Below, one piece after another: positions 19,710-28,683 of a stretch of DNA of 55,216 nt. The DNA lies in the IMG/VR virus record IMGVR_UViG_3300047274_000273, positions 1 through 55,216 of that record. One strand, written 5' to 3'. The position numbers were made by a program, and so were the translations under genes. Each line of letters opens with the position of its first letter. Positions within the stretch are counted from its first letter, which is position 1. The notes under the pieces are model-generated. The model was not told the origin of the DNA, searched no databases, and worked only from the letters and a program-made list of their open reading frames with translations. This DNA is from a virus (taxonomy: Duplodnaviria; Heunggongvirae; Uroviricota; Caudoviricetes).

Positions 19710-20597
19710 TCATCCGAGTATTCGGTCTATGCCTGTTTTGATTTTCCAGACTGTATTTTTATAATCGCGCTTACTTACATCTTTGAGGAATATCTCTATA
19801 CTCTTAGGGTTTAGCTCATTAGAGCATAATTCTGGATTTTCGTACCAATGTTCCCCGATGAGATCGGTTTTGAAATCTTGTTCTAGATCAAGCTTCTGAT
19901 CATTGACCAGTGCTGATAATAATTTATCTACTAGGATATCGTGATTGGTCAAGCATAGATGATTGTACCTACAGTCAAAGCCGTTGAACCAATTAGTTAA
20001 ACCTTTGTTATAGCGATCGCTTAGGAGATCTCGATGACTGTATTCTTCACCTTGTACTTTAGTTAAAAAACCTCGAGCTATATTCAGATCAGGGTAGTGC
20101 TCAGCAGATCCTAGATTCTGTGCGAATCCTTTGATTATCAGCGGTCTACGAAGACCACGTGCTGCACATTCATAGGCAATGTTAGCCAATCGATTTACGG
20201 TATGCAGATGATCTATTTCATCTCGCTGGATATGTTTGATATAATATTCTACAGCTTTAGCTTGATCAACAGTTATCCACTGATCGAAATCGATAATATT
20301 CCAATTAGTAAGATCTGGTTTATCTTTGAAAAACCAGTACCTTTGAGGACTAGTGAGGATCACTATCACATAATCGTTTTCTTTCATTAGGTGTGCGTTT
20401 TCAAGAAACTGTAGAGTTATCCAATCTTGAGAGCAGCCTATAAGACTATGATTTCTTAGCTGTACTGGATGGTTAATGCTGTTGCTTAACCGGTGACTCA
20501 GTTGACGAGTCCATACACGTTCGGGATCTGTCTGAGGGCTTAATGCACTCCAACTATCACCGAAAATCCACAAGCGAGTAAAATTATCCTGATCCAT
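19710..20597 (-). CDS. SGNH-hydrolase-like protein
   Basis: IFGDSW block I; NHL near the C-terminus. Confidence 0.55.
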   Translation of the reverse strand: MDQDNFTRLWIFGDSWSALSPQTDPERVWTRQLSHRLSNSINHPVQLRNHSLIGCSQDWITLQFLENAHLMKENDYVIVILTSPQRYWFFKDKPDLTNWNIIDFDQWITVDQAKAVEYYIKHIQRDEIDHLHTVNRLANIAYECAARGLRRPLIIKGFAQNLGSAEHYPDLNIARGFLTKVQGEEYSHRDLLSDRYNKGLTNWFNGFDCRYNHLCLTNHDILVDKLLSALVNDQKLDLEQDFKTDLIGEHWYENPELCSNELNPKSIEIFLKDVSKRDYKNTVWKIKTGIDRILG

Positions 20598-20631
20598 GAT
20601 CAGTATATATCTCGTGTCATTGAGCTAGAAC

Positions 20632-20823
20632 TTAACTACGAGTTTCGTAGATGTCTACTTCCGCTGCCCACTGTTCTCCAGTGACTTTTTCTTGTTGTTC
20701 AGCCAGAGCATGTGCCAATCTCCAGGCTTCGCTTTCATCTGTGACAGGCAGTCCTGATAATGTATTTCGCTCGATTCGTTGGCGTGTTTTAAGATTTCTA
20801 GCTAATATTCTATATGCTTGCAT
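20632..20823 (-). CDS. Hypothetical protein
   Basis: GGAGG RBS and TAAATA upstream. Confidence 0.6.
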   Translation of the reverse strand: MQAYRILARNLKTRQRIERNTLSGLPVTDESEAWRLAHALAEQQEKVTGEQWAAEVDIYETRS

Positions 20824-20842
20824 TTCCGGCCTCCTAGTATAT

Positions 20843-21418
20843 TTACCGAGGATCAGCTACAAAATTCCATACTAAACACGGACGATGTGCTGTGGTTTCT
20901 GGACGCCCGTCTGTGCGCCAATGAGTACCGTCAAATTCGTAGTAGGTATTGGCCACAGGCTCTATCTGCTGAGGCTCACCAAATTCTTCCGGCATATCCC
21001 AATTCTGCATCCAACTGCGCTCAGGATATACTAGTGTAGAACCATGACTAGTGACTGGAAACCACAGCGCAGTCTGATGAGGTCCGGTTATGTCTATATG
21101 AGGTCTAGTATCTGCCAACGATCCTGGAAAACTATTGATCAATCTGACCTTGAATAGATTAGTCAATTTACGATTGCTCTGTTCTAATGCCTGTGCTAGT
21201 ATCATAAGGCTGAGATCCATTAGGTGACTGTTTTCGTTGTCGGAATCATAGATTATGTGCTGCATTTGATACCAATTATATCGTCTAAGATCCATGGCCA
21301 CGCCAGGTGGAAACCATCCGTAATTGAGCAGTGGATCTAGTAATCTCTCACGGGCTAGGTCTAGTTGATTAGCTCCCAGCAGATTTTCGATGGTAATAAT
21401 TTTCGCTGACTCTTGCAT
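20843..21418 (-). CDS. 2OG-Fe(II) oxygenase-like protein
   Basis: PHID (HxD), distal H and R. Confidence 0.5.
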   Translation of the reverse strand: MQESAKIITIENLLGANQLDLARERLLDPLLNYGWFPPGVAMDLRRYNWYQMQHIIYDSDNENSHLMDLSLMILAQALEQSNRKLTNLFKVRLINSFPGSLADTRPHIDITGPHQTALWFPVTSHGSTLVYPERSWMQNWDMPEEFGEPQQIEPVANTYYEFDGTHWRTDGRPETTAHRPCLVWNFVADPR

Positions 21419-21475
21419 ATATTCTCCTTGTGCCAGTATTTATGATGATAAAAGTATCAGTTTATAAGTACTGAC

Positions 21476-22069
21476 ATGCAATCAAGTCAAGTAATGGGAA
21501 TATTTCCCGAACCAATAGCTAGATACAGTGTTTGGCCAGGCACATGGCCAGATCAGTTAGACCAAGTGGGCATGGAGTTTCGAGACAGCCACAGCTACAG
21601 TCAAGATCACCATGTATTGGATCAATGGCCTAGTCTAAAAAACACTATTGAATTATGTGTCCAGGCCTTTGCCCGAGAAATCATGGCTTTTCGTGATGTT
21701 CCCCGTATCACGCAGAGTTGGATCAATAGATACCAATCCGACCAATACATACATCAACACAATCACCCCAATAGCATGATCTCAGCTACATGGTATTGGC
21801 GTCTAGACAGCGAAGCTGAAATACTTTTCCATAAGCACGGATTAAACACTGGAACTACCTGGGTTCAAAAATTTGATAGAGATACCAACAAGGCCACAGG
21901 ATTTTCTGTAGAAACTACCAGCATCCGAGTCAGCGAAGGAGATCTGTTGATATGGCCCAGCTATCTCATACACTCTGTGCCTGCTTGGCAGGGCGTCGGG
22001 GAACGCTGTTCTCTGAGTCTAAATGCTCAGCCTGAAACTTGGGGTTCGGATCTATATCGAAGCCGTTGA
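21476..22069 (+). CDS. Putative 2OG-Fe(II) oxygenase (TIGR02466-like)
   Basis: SWINRY...HNHPNS...GDLLIWPSYLIHSV...RCSLSLN. Confidence 0.8.
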   Translation: MQSSQVMGIFPEPIARYSVWPGTWPDQLDQVGMEFRDSHSYSQDHHVLDQWPSLKNTIELCVQAFAREIMAFRDVPRITQSWINRYQSDQYIHQHNHPNSMISATWYWRLDSEAEILFHKHGLNTGTTWVQKFDRDTNKATGFSVETTSIRVSEGDLLIWPSYLIHSVPAWQGVGERCSLSLNAQPETWGSDLYRSR

Positions 22070-22071
22070 AT

Positions 22072-22302
22072 TTATCTAAAGCCAAACCAATAAATCAAGG
22101 CAGGAATTATGATAAAGAACTGCGGTAGAAAATTCATGATCAAAGCACGTTCTTGCCAACGCCAGCCCACATAGGTCCACCCCGCAGCACCCACTAACTG
22201 TAGAAGACTATTCCAGGGCGTCCAGCCCATGACATGGAATACCATGGCCACTAGGATCGTGGCCGCACTCAGCCATTTGATCCACCAGACATGATCTCTC
22301 AC
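22072..22302 (-). CDS. Small membrane protein
   Basis: Three TM segments, IKWLSA...PWN. Confidence 0.7.
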   Translation of the reverse strand: MRDHVWWIKWLSAATILVAMVFHVMGWTPWNSLLQLVGAAGWTYVGWRWQERALIMNFLPQFFIIIPALIYWFGFR

Positions 22303-22976
22303 TGAGCTATCCGTTGCTGTCTAGTGGGCTGGCAGCCTGCTAGTGTGATGTCATCTAGCCAATGATGCTCTATGCCCTGTACATATTTGTGATTGGCATC
22401 CGCTTCTATGAATCTCATGATATTAGGATCATCCCAGGCTATGGGGAAGTCTAGGATCCTGCTGACCCAACGTAGATAATGCTGTTGATGTAGGAAGAAT
22501 GCTTCGTGGTCTAGGAAGTGATAGTCGATGCCCGAAGGTATCAAGTGGTTGTAGTAGTAGTCCTGTGCTATGGGTGTGGTGTGCTGACCTCTGACACGTT
22601 CCTGCTGTACCCTGTTGATATTTTGATCACGTACTATGATGGCCACGCTGACCCGGATGCCCAGGCTCTGGGCTTGTTTGGCCACTTCGACGATCTTGGG
22701 CACATGCCTGACTCCGTCAAAGAAAAAAGGACAGCTGACATTGGCCAGATGATACTGCTTATGGGCGAAATGTTCAGCTGTGAGTAATTCGGGCCTTAGC
22801 CAATATTCCGCAAAGGGTTCTTGGTCGCTGGGCACCCAATATTCTTCTAAGAGCTTTTCCCAACCCTGTACTTCAGGGTGTAGGCTTAACAGCCTAGAAA
22901 AAATATGGTTACCCGAGCCCTGAGGCCCGGTGACGATCAATAGTCGTTTATCTTGCGTATCTCTGTTGTCCAACAT
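22299..22976 (-). CDS. Sulfotransferase-like P-loop protein
   Basis: IVTGPQGSGNHIFSRLLSLHPEV resembles GxxRSGTxLLxxLLxxHP. Confidence 0.55.
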   Translation of the reverse strand: MLDNRDTQDKRLLIVTGPQGSGNHIFSRLLSLHPEVQGWEKLLEEYWVPSDQEPFAEYWLRPELLTAEHFAHKQYHLANVSCPFFFDGVRHVPKIVEVAKQAQSLGIRVSVAIIVRDQNINRVQQERVRGQHTTPIAQDYYYNHLIPSGIDYHFLDHEAFFLHQQHYLRWVSRILDFPIAWDDPNIMRFIEADANHKYVQGIEHHWLDDITLAGCQPTRQQRIAQ

Positions 22977-23607
22977 AGGTTCTTACTTTCAATGGATTGA
23001 TTTCGTCTGTGGGGCCCGTACCAGAATCCGGAGCGAACACAAACAGGACCACTGGTTCCTCTTCAGTGATAAAGTTATGTAGCTCATTTCTACGCATGTA
23101 GAAAATTTCTCCCTGATTGATGTGGAAGTACTCATTGTTGTCCAATTCGATCTTGCCTCGACCCTGTAGCACTAGGCCAATCCTATGGCTGGGATGTGTG
23201 TGCAGAGTCTGATACATGTGTGCGGGGAAATGCACGTAGTTCACCACAGGATCACCCAACCTTCCAGGATTTACCGCTGTGGTATTGGTGCCTCCGTCCA
23301 TGTAGCTGAGATTGCCCATGTCTAGGTCATTCTGTACATAGTATCTGTTTTCAAGGCAGTGTAGACCGGGATAGTCTATGACGCAGGCCGTGCCTGAGCC
23401 CGTGTCAATGGTAAACTCGTCTGTGACCGCGAAGGCTGCTGTGACCTCAGTGAATCCTGCTTGGCTGCTGCGATAGCTGGCCTGGTTGAGCAGAACATAG
23501 CGTGTGCCCTGGGCGGCTGCAAATGTCTGTGTGTGATTGGCATTAACTTTGTGTATGGTCAGGGGCCAACGATCCCGGACCTCAAGTGTTGCTGTGACGT
23601 TAATCAT
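22948..23607 (-). CDS. Cupin-domain protein
   Basis: HTHPSHRIGLVLQGRG...ELHNF; ATG at 23607 with GAGGA RBS. Confidence 0.75.
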   Translation of the reverse strand: MINVTATLEVRDRWPLTIHKVNANHTQTFAAAQGTRYVLLNQASYRSSQAGFTEVTAAFAVTDEFTIDTGSGTACVIDYPGLHCLENRYYVQNDLDMGNLSYMDGGTNTTAVNPGRLGDPVVNYVHFPAHMYQTLHTHPSHRIGLVLQGRGKIELDNNEYFHINQGEIFYMRRNELHNFITEEEPVVLFVFAPDSGTGPTDEINPLKVRTYVGQQRYAR

Positions 23608-23624
23608 ATGTCCTCGTTGATCAG

Positions 23625-23654
23625 AAAAAAAAGCGAGTGGGGGTACCACTCGCT
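23625..23654 (-). terminator. Intrinsic terminator between the ferritin-like and cupin genes
   Basis: 9-bp stem AGCGAGTGG/CCACTCGCT followed by a T-run on the minus strand. Confidence 0.75.
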
Positions 23655-23670
23655 CCTTGGGGTCAGTGGA

Positions 23671-24369
23671 TTACCAACCGTAGGCGTCTGCTACCAATGC
23701 GCGACCGCTTTCGCTGGCCACGGTGTTACGGCAGCTGATGTCGTAGAGATCACGACGCATACGAGCGGCTAGCTCTAGTGCGCGATCAGCATCTGCATCA
23801 GTCTTGATCAATTGCTCTAGCTTTAGAGCACCGATGTTAGCGTGGAAGCCTTCATCGCGAGCGATCTTAGCATAGGTTGAGCTGATGAACTCGTCGCTGA
23901 CGCAGCGAGCCATTTCATCCCACACAGCTTCTGCACGACCTTCAGCTACTAGTTGATAAGCAGCTAGGGCGATAGCATCGTCAGCAGCACCGTACTGCTC
24001 TAGAAGACCTGCACCTTTGGCAGTTGGCTTGGCTGTTTCAGCAGCGATAGCAGCTTCAACATCTAGCTCTTGACCAGTGATGTGCTCAATGACTTCCTTG
24101 ACCATACGGAAGTGATTAGCTTCGTCGTGGGCCTGTTTGGTCAATAGTTGTAGTTCTTCTACAGAAGTGTCTGCAGGCATCTGGGCGATGGCTTGGCTGA
24201 TTTCAACCATGTTCATGCGCTCGTTGACCATACGACCGATAAAGTGTGTGACTAGTTCTTCTTGAGCTGGCTTAGAATCAAAGTAAGCTCTGACGTTGTG
24301 TTGGCTGGCAGCGAAAAGAGCTTGGTTTTCTTCGCGGATCTGCGCAACCACTTGACGTGCTTGTGACAT
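23671..24369 (-). CDS. Ferritin-like diiron protein
   Basis: Two DExxH motifs (DEANH, DEGFH) with preceding Glu residues; helical; strong RBS. Confidence 0.8.
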   Translation of the reverse strand: MSQARQVVAQIREENQALFAASQHNVRAYFDSKPAQEELVTHFIGRMVNERMNMVEISQAIAQMPADTSVEELQLLTKQAHDEANHFRMVKEVIEHITGQELDVEAAIAAETAKPTAKGAGLLEQYGAADDAIALAAYQLVAEGRAEAVWDEMARCVSDEFISSTYAKIARDEGFHANIGALKLEQLIKTDADADRALELAARMRRDLYDISCRNTVASESGRALVADAYGW

Positions 24370-24488
24370 ATAGATTTCTCCTTAAAAATATGCTTGGGTG
24401 ATCGAAATTTTTAGATATCTAAAAAAATTTTGTTCCTATCACGAAATTATTTATCTTTTAGAAAAAATTTCAGGGAGAAATGGATTTT

Positions 24489-25097
24489 TTATCCTCGTTC
24501 CCATACAGAAAACAGTCGATATCGATCTGCTCGACGGTGGTAGTCCCAGCAGAGTTCTGTGACGCGAAATGCAAAATGATCAGCCCACCAACGCACACGA
24601 TGTTCAGTCCAACAATAGGGCACACATTGATCCGGATCCATGAACAGTCCGCTCTGCTGCCGTTGTTTTAGAGTCACTAATCCCTGACGACTGCCCGCGC
24701 CCTGTGCGTTCTGTGCCAAGCGTAGATAGATCCTAGATCTGGGCTTGAGGCAACGTACTGTGGCAGCGATCTGGCGCTGTATGTCGTTGTGTGTGCCCCA
24801 ATTAAACACACTGAGGCAGAAAGCCACATCAAACAGGTCTTCCGGCGCATAGTCCTCGATCCTAGACTGATGATCCGCGGCCGCGAATGCGGGATCTATG
24901 CCCACTACGTTGGGCAAGAGTTGTTTGAACACATTGTTGGCACAGCCCACGTCCAGCACACGTTCCCCGGGCTGTATGCGATCAGCTAGACTAAGTCCGC
25001 TGAGAGGCCAGACCGAGGGATCTTCTCGCCATCCTCGGGAAGTGTTCTGTCTCCGGGTCTTGTAGTGTTCAAATATGACGTTTTGTTCAAAGCTCAT
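24489..25097 (-). CDS. Class I SAM methyltransferase
   Basis: VLDVGCANN, GIDP, FDVAFCL. Confidence 0.75.
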   Translation of the reverse strand: MSFEQNVIFEHYKTRRQNTSRGWREDPSVWPLSGLSLADRIQPGERVLDVGCANNVFKQLLPNVVGIDPAFAAADHQSRIEDYAPEDLFDVAFCLSVFNWGTHNDIQRQIAATVRCLKPRSRIYLRLAQNAQGAGSRQGLVTLKQRQQSGLFMDPDQCVPYCWTEHRVRWWADHFAFRVTELCWDYHRRADRYRLFSVWERG

Positions 25098-25099
25098 GT

Positions 25100-25324
25100 C
25101 TAGTCCAATAGTGTGCGTATGATCCTAGACTCTTCGGGATACTTCATGAGCCAGATATCCGCATAGAGAGGATTTGAAAACAACAGCCACCAATCCACGG
25201 GTATGGCCATGTTGTAGATGTCAGTGTGTGCGTAGCTTCTTGGCCAATAGTGAACCCAAGATTGCCAACTGGTCAATAGATCCAGCTGAGTCTTTTGGAA
25301 CTGTGTAAGGTACACGATCAGCAT
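25100..25324 (-). CDS. Hypothetical protein
   Basis: TAAATA 4 nt upstream of the ATG. Confidence 0.55.
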   Translation of the reverse strand: MLIVYLTQFQKTQLDLLTSWQSWVHYWPRSYAHTDIYNMAIPVDWWLLFSNPLYADIWLMKYPEESRIIRTLLD

Positions 25325-25361
25325 CCAGTATTTATCGGCGGAGCCGCGCGAGATTCTAGCA

Positions 25362-25381
25362 AGCGCGAAGCGCAGCGCAGC
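25362..25381 (+). repeat. 20-bp element AGCGCGAAGCGCAGCGCAGC, inverted copy at 44292-44311
   Basis: 19/20 identity to the reverse complement of 44292-44311. Confidence 0.85.
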
Positions 25382-25423
25382 AAAAAGGGGTAAGCGGTTT
25401 TCTAGTGGAGTTATCAGCGTAGT

Positions 25424-25678
25424 TTATTCGACGCCGAGATCTCGATCCAGCGTGTCAGCAAGGCCCGTGACCGGATCTGTGTGTGATGGAACCCTAGGAC
25501 AGTGATCAGCCCAGGTCAGCAAAAACTCTAAGAGCTGCTGTGGATCTGTGATCACAAAACGAGTGCGATTAAGGTGTGGATCAAGATCTATGTGCCGTGC
25601 TGACAACCATTCTATGACTTGAGCAAAATAGGGACTCTGCGAGTAGACACAGTATTGATTTAGTGTGTGCTGAGCCAT
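25424..25678 (-). CDS. Hypothetical protein
   Basis: 84-aa ORF. Confidence 0.55.
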   Translation of the reverse strand: MAQHTLNQYCVYSQSPYFAQVIEWLSARHIDLDPHLNRTRFVITDPQQLLEFLLTWADHCPRVPSHTDPVTGLADTLDRDLGVE

Positions 25679-25759
25679 AGATTCAAGAGATCACGTATGG
25701 GTATGAGTTCCCAGTGTACACAGACAGCCAGCACTATGAGCACTGTGATGATCATGCGA

Positions 25760-25960
25760 TTAAGCATGCAGAGACTCCCGAAAAGACTGCCAAGCTGTGG
25801 CAAAACCCTCAGTGTAGAGATATGACTCTTCTGAGCGCCATACACGAGGATAGTAGTCCTGTATGATCTGGACTAGATCTTCATCCGTGAATGGCTTGAG
25901 ATGTCCTTTGACTGTGTAGAACAGCCAGTAGGCGAATTCGCGATCCTGATCTGTGAGCAT
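25760..25960 (-). CDS. Hypothetical protein
   Basis: 66-aa ORF. Confidence 0.55.
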   Translation of the reverse strand: MLTDQDREFAYWLFYTVKGHLKPFTDEDLVQIIQDYYPRVWRSEESYLYTEGFATAWQSFRESLHA

Positions 25961-26113
25961 ATAAGATACTTAGCGGAAAGGGGAGTACAGCTCTAAAATT
26001 TGGCCGCGCAAAAAAATTAGATCCCGAAAAAGTTTTCAGGGTGGTGATTTTAGACCCCATACCAAAAAGTTAGCGCACACTTACGTATACGCTGTATACC
26101 GGTCGGCCACCAC

Positions 26114-26335
26114 TCAACACCGATCGGTCTGACCTGGTCGCCTCTGGTCGGGTCTCAGGTGAGCGCCACATCTCCTGACAGCTCGATCATCCCAAGCGGG
26201 CAGTTGATCTATGAGCTGACCTTGGCTGGGCCGGGGATCCCAGGGTGCATCTCTGTGATCCTTGTGCAGGACTGTGCAGCCCTGTAGCAGGACTAGGCTA
26301 ACAGTAGCGGCTAAGAACGTCTTGCGCGGCCGCAT
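26114..26335 (-). CDS. Putative small lipoprotein
   Basis: Basic N-terminus, hydrophobic stretch, LQGC lipobox. Confidence 0.55.
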   Translation of the reverse strand: MRPRKTFLAATVSLVLLQGCTVLHKDHRDAPWDPRPSQGQLIDQLPAWDDRAVRRCGAHLRPDQRRPGQTDRC

Positions 26336-26537
26336 AGTCCGTGTCCTCTTCTGTGTAGCGATCGATGACCTCTGCCATGATCAGCTGCTGTAGGCACTGG
26401 GCTCTCTGCTGATACTCTGGAGGCAACAGCCGGATCACTGCTTCGGGATTGGGGGCTGGGGAGTTCCACAGTAGGTCGCAGATCTTGACATCCTCTGCTG
26501 TGAGTCCCTGTATATTGATCTGGAATTCTTTCATCAT
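26298..26537 (-). CDS. Hypothetical protein
   Basis: AGGAG RBS before the ATG at 26537. Confidence 0.6.
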   Translation of the reverse strand: MMKEFQINIQGLTAEDVKICDLLWNSPAPNPEAVIRLLPPEYQQRAQCLQQLIMAEVIDRYTEEDTDYAAAQDVLSRYC

Positions 26538-26758
26538 CTGGGCAGTGCTCCTAGGCGCCAATTCTTTTCTATCTGTAGCTGTTCACGCCAGTATTCACGA
26601 CCCTTTTCGCTGGTCAGGTACTCGAGGCGCTGCGCCTGGGCATGTGCGACGCGAGCTTGATCTATGACATTTGGCGATGGGCTCTGTGGTATGTGATGCT
26701 GCTGTGCCTGTCCTGTGGCTATCACAGTGGCAGTGATCACCGTGGCTAGTAGGTCCAT
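26534..26758 (-). CDS. Hypothetical protein
   Basis: Coupled ORF with a hydrophobic N-terminus. Confidence 0.5.
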   Translation of the reverse strand: MDLLATVITATVIATGQAQQHHIPQSPSPNVIDQARVAHAQAQRLEYLTSEKGREYWREQLQIEKNWRLGALPR

Positions 26759-26759
26759 G

Positions 26760-26942
26760 TTATTGCTCCCTGCGCATCATCAGGGTAGCCGCCCACATCA
26801 GGAGCAGACCTAGGCCCGATACTGCCAGGCTCTGAAGCAGCTCTGTGTTCGTGATTGAGTTCTCTACACCGCCCACGCCCAACATGGTCAGTAGTATGCC
26901 CATGATCACGAAGAAGAATACTCGTGTGTCTGATCTAGCCAT
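26760..26942 (-). CDS. Small 2-TM membrane protein
   Basis: GVGGVE between hydrophobic helices; promoter and RBS upstream. Confidence 0.65.
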   Translation of the reverse strand: MARSDTRVFFFVIMGILLTMLGVGGVENSITNTELLQSLAVSGLGLLLMWAATLMMRREQ

Positions 26943-27008
26943 TTCGCTCTCCTTGTTTGTTTGTGTATGTGTCTAGTATACGATCTTTGGGCTCAGTTGT
27001 CAACCAAT

Positions 27009-27356
27009 TTAATCCAGACGTGAGCCAGCGTAGGCTTCGAAGCCGTACTTCTTGAACACTTGGGCCGCAGCTTCAGCACCCTTCTCAAGTGTATCCACGT
27101 TCTGGCAACCAAACTTTGAAGGATTCCACATCTGGAGCCCGCCTGAGTAGCTTGGACGGATATCGCAGGCTTTCAAGGCCTTGCCCAGTTTGGTATTGCC
27201 TTTGATGCCATAGATGTTCACCCAGGCAAAGCCGCAGGCGAAACGATCTTGACCGCCTAGTACCTTCTGGAAGTACTCAGAGGCCGCAGCGTAAGCAGCA
27301 GCTTCAGCTTCACGGACGATTTGGGGGATCTGCTCGGGGGTTGCTGTTACGGACAT
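27009..27356 (-). CDS. Hypothetical phage protein (CGFAWV motif)
   Basis: Promoter and AGGAGCGAAC RBS. Confidence 0.75.
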   Translation of the reverse strand: MSVTATPEQIPQIVREAEAAAYAAASEYFQKVLGGQDRFACGFAWVNIYGIKGNTKLGKALKACDIRPSYSGGLQMWNPSKFGCQNVDTLEKGAEAAAQVFKKYGFEAYAGSRLD

Positions 27357-27412
27357 AGTTCGCTCCTAAGTTGTTTACAGTGTTTACAGTATATGATCTT
27401 CGGGCTCAGTTG

Positions 27413-27643
27413 TCAACCAAAATGTTTCAATAGCCCGCCGAAGCATAGGGTTATCGCCACCACATTTATGACCATCTGCGGATAGTTCTTGACCCTTAGG
27501 GTCCAGATGAAATAGCTGATCCCGCCTAAGAGTCCGAAGACCACGTTCCAGGGATGCAGTTGCGGGAAGTAGCTCATCAGCACATACATCACGAGGATGA
27601 ATGCTGTGCCTACCCATTGTATCGTGTCGTTTATCTTGTCCAT
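27413..27643 (-). CDS. Small membrane protein
   Basis: Three TM segments, IQWVGT...PWN, similar to 22072-22302. Confidence 0.65.
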   Translation of the reverse strand: MDKINDTIQWVGTAFILVMYVLMSYFPQLHPWNVVFGLLGGISYFIWTLRVKNYPQMVINVVAITLCFGGLLKHFG

Positions 27644-27661
27644 GTAGTTATTGTACGATCT

Positions 27662-27907
27662 TTAGCCCAATTTGTCAACCTTTTGGCTGTTGCAGAATTG
27701 CCACATCTTGAGCTCGGCTCCCCGCAGTCCCAGCAAGACTCCCTCGAAGTCTCGATAGGAACAGCAGCCTGCCACGTTCGGATACACGGTGTAGCCATAG
27801 AACTGATTGTCCCTCCGCGCCCGAGTAACAGCAGCCTTGGCGGGTCCTGGCTTCTTATAATACTTGACCAGGTTCCCATTCTCGTCGTAGGTTACCCAGC
27901 CACCCAT
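27662..27907 (-). CDS. Hypothetical protein
   Basis: TGATG-coupled ATG at 27907. Confidence 0.55.
   Translation of the reverse strand: MGGWVTYDENGNLVKYYKKPGPAKAAVTRARRDNQFYGYTVYPNVAGCCSYRDFEGVLLGLRGAELKMWQFCNSQKVDKLG
27688..27705. promoter_or_regulatory. Palindromic box TGTKGC-N6-GCMACA (first of six)
   Basis: Other copies at 28674, 29434, 33746, 36985 and 40013. Confidence 0.7.
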
Positions 27908-28143
27908 CAAGCCACCTCTTTGTAGACCCGGTAGCCGTAGATTGCGAGTTTGCGGATCGCGGCCTGGATATCCTGATGATCCAACTCTAGGTCTTCCAGG
28001 CACTTCTTGGCTTCCTTGATGGTGTCTGCGGTGCAGGTCAGACCTGAGTAGATATGGCGGCAGTCGTAGTAGCGATCACCATCGTCTGTGACCAGTTGGT
28101 AAGTACCAAAGGTCTTGTACATGATCATTTCGCCTGTTTTCAT
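27907..28143 (-). CDS. Hypothetical protein
   Basis: Promoter and AGGAGCGAAC RBS. Confidence 0.65.
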   Translation of the reverse strand: MKTGEMIMYKTFGTYQLVTDDGDRYYDCRHIYSGLTCTADTIKEAKKCLEDLELDHQDIQAAIRKLAIYGYRVYKEVA

Positions 28144-28198
28144 AGTTCGCTCCTTTTGTGTTACTGTGTGTGTATTATATGGTCTTTTGGATAACCCG

Positions 28199-28405
28199 TC
28201 AACCAGCCATTCTCATCAGCTGCATCAAGCGGTTCTGCAGCTGATCTACCTCTGAGTTCTCCACGTAGAAGTCCGTGGTGGGATCCCAGTACTGGCCCTG
28301 TCCGGGATCATAGTACAAGACTCGATCTACGAACCAGAACGGACCTTCCAGTCCTGGTCTAGGCTGCCACCGGCGATCGCGATCGGCCACTGTGATCCAG
28401 CCCAT
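28199..28405 (-). CDS. Hypothetical phage protein (GLEGPF...LYYDP motif)
   Basis: GAGG RBS, ATG at 28405. Confidence 0.65.
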   Translation of the reverse strand: MGWITVADRDRRWQPRPGLEGPFWFVDRVLYYDPGQGQYWDPTTDFYVENSEVDQLQNRLMQLMRMAG

Positions 28406-28406
28406 G

Positions 28407-28601
28407 TTAACCTCTCTGATCGTAGTGGTCTGAGTTCTGCAGCGCCAGGCTGCCACAGGCCATCAGGGCCAGACCCAATATGGCCACTATGATCTGCTCA
28501 ATGAAGTAGGCTTCTTTGGCGGGGTCTTCCATGCCGCCCACTGCGCCAAAGGTTAAAAGTAGTCCAAACATGGCCATGGCAGCTGCTGTGCGAGTTTTCA
28601 T
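28407..28601 (-). CDS. Small 2-TM membrane protein
   Basis: GAVGGME motif, similar to 26760-26942. Confidence 0.65.
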   Translation of the reverse strand: MKTRTAAAMAMFGLLLTFGAVGGMEDPAKEAYFIEQIIVAILGLALMACGSLALQNSDHYDQRG

Positions 28602-28683
28602 TTAACGTGCTCCTAGTTGTTTAGTGTATGTGTGTATTATAGCAAGGTTAGTCCAATCTGTCAACCAATTTGTTGTTGCGTTT

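Noticed and set aside
23030-23037. GGAGCGAA on the plus strand in the cupin gene
   Set aside because: Coding (VFAP), with no hairpin or 3'-UTR context
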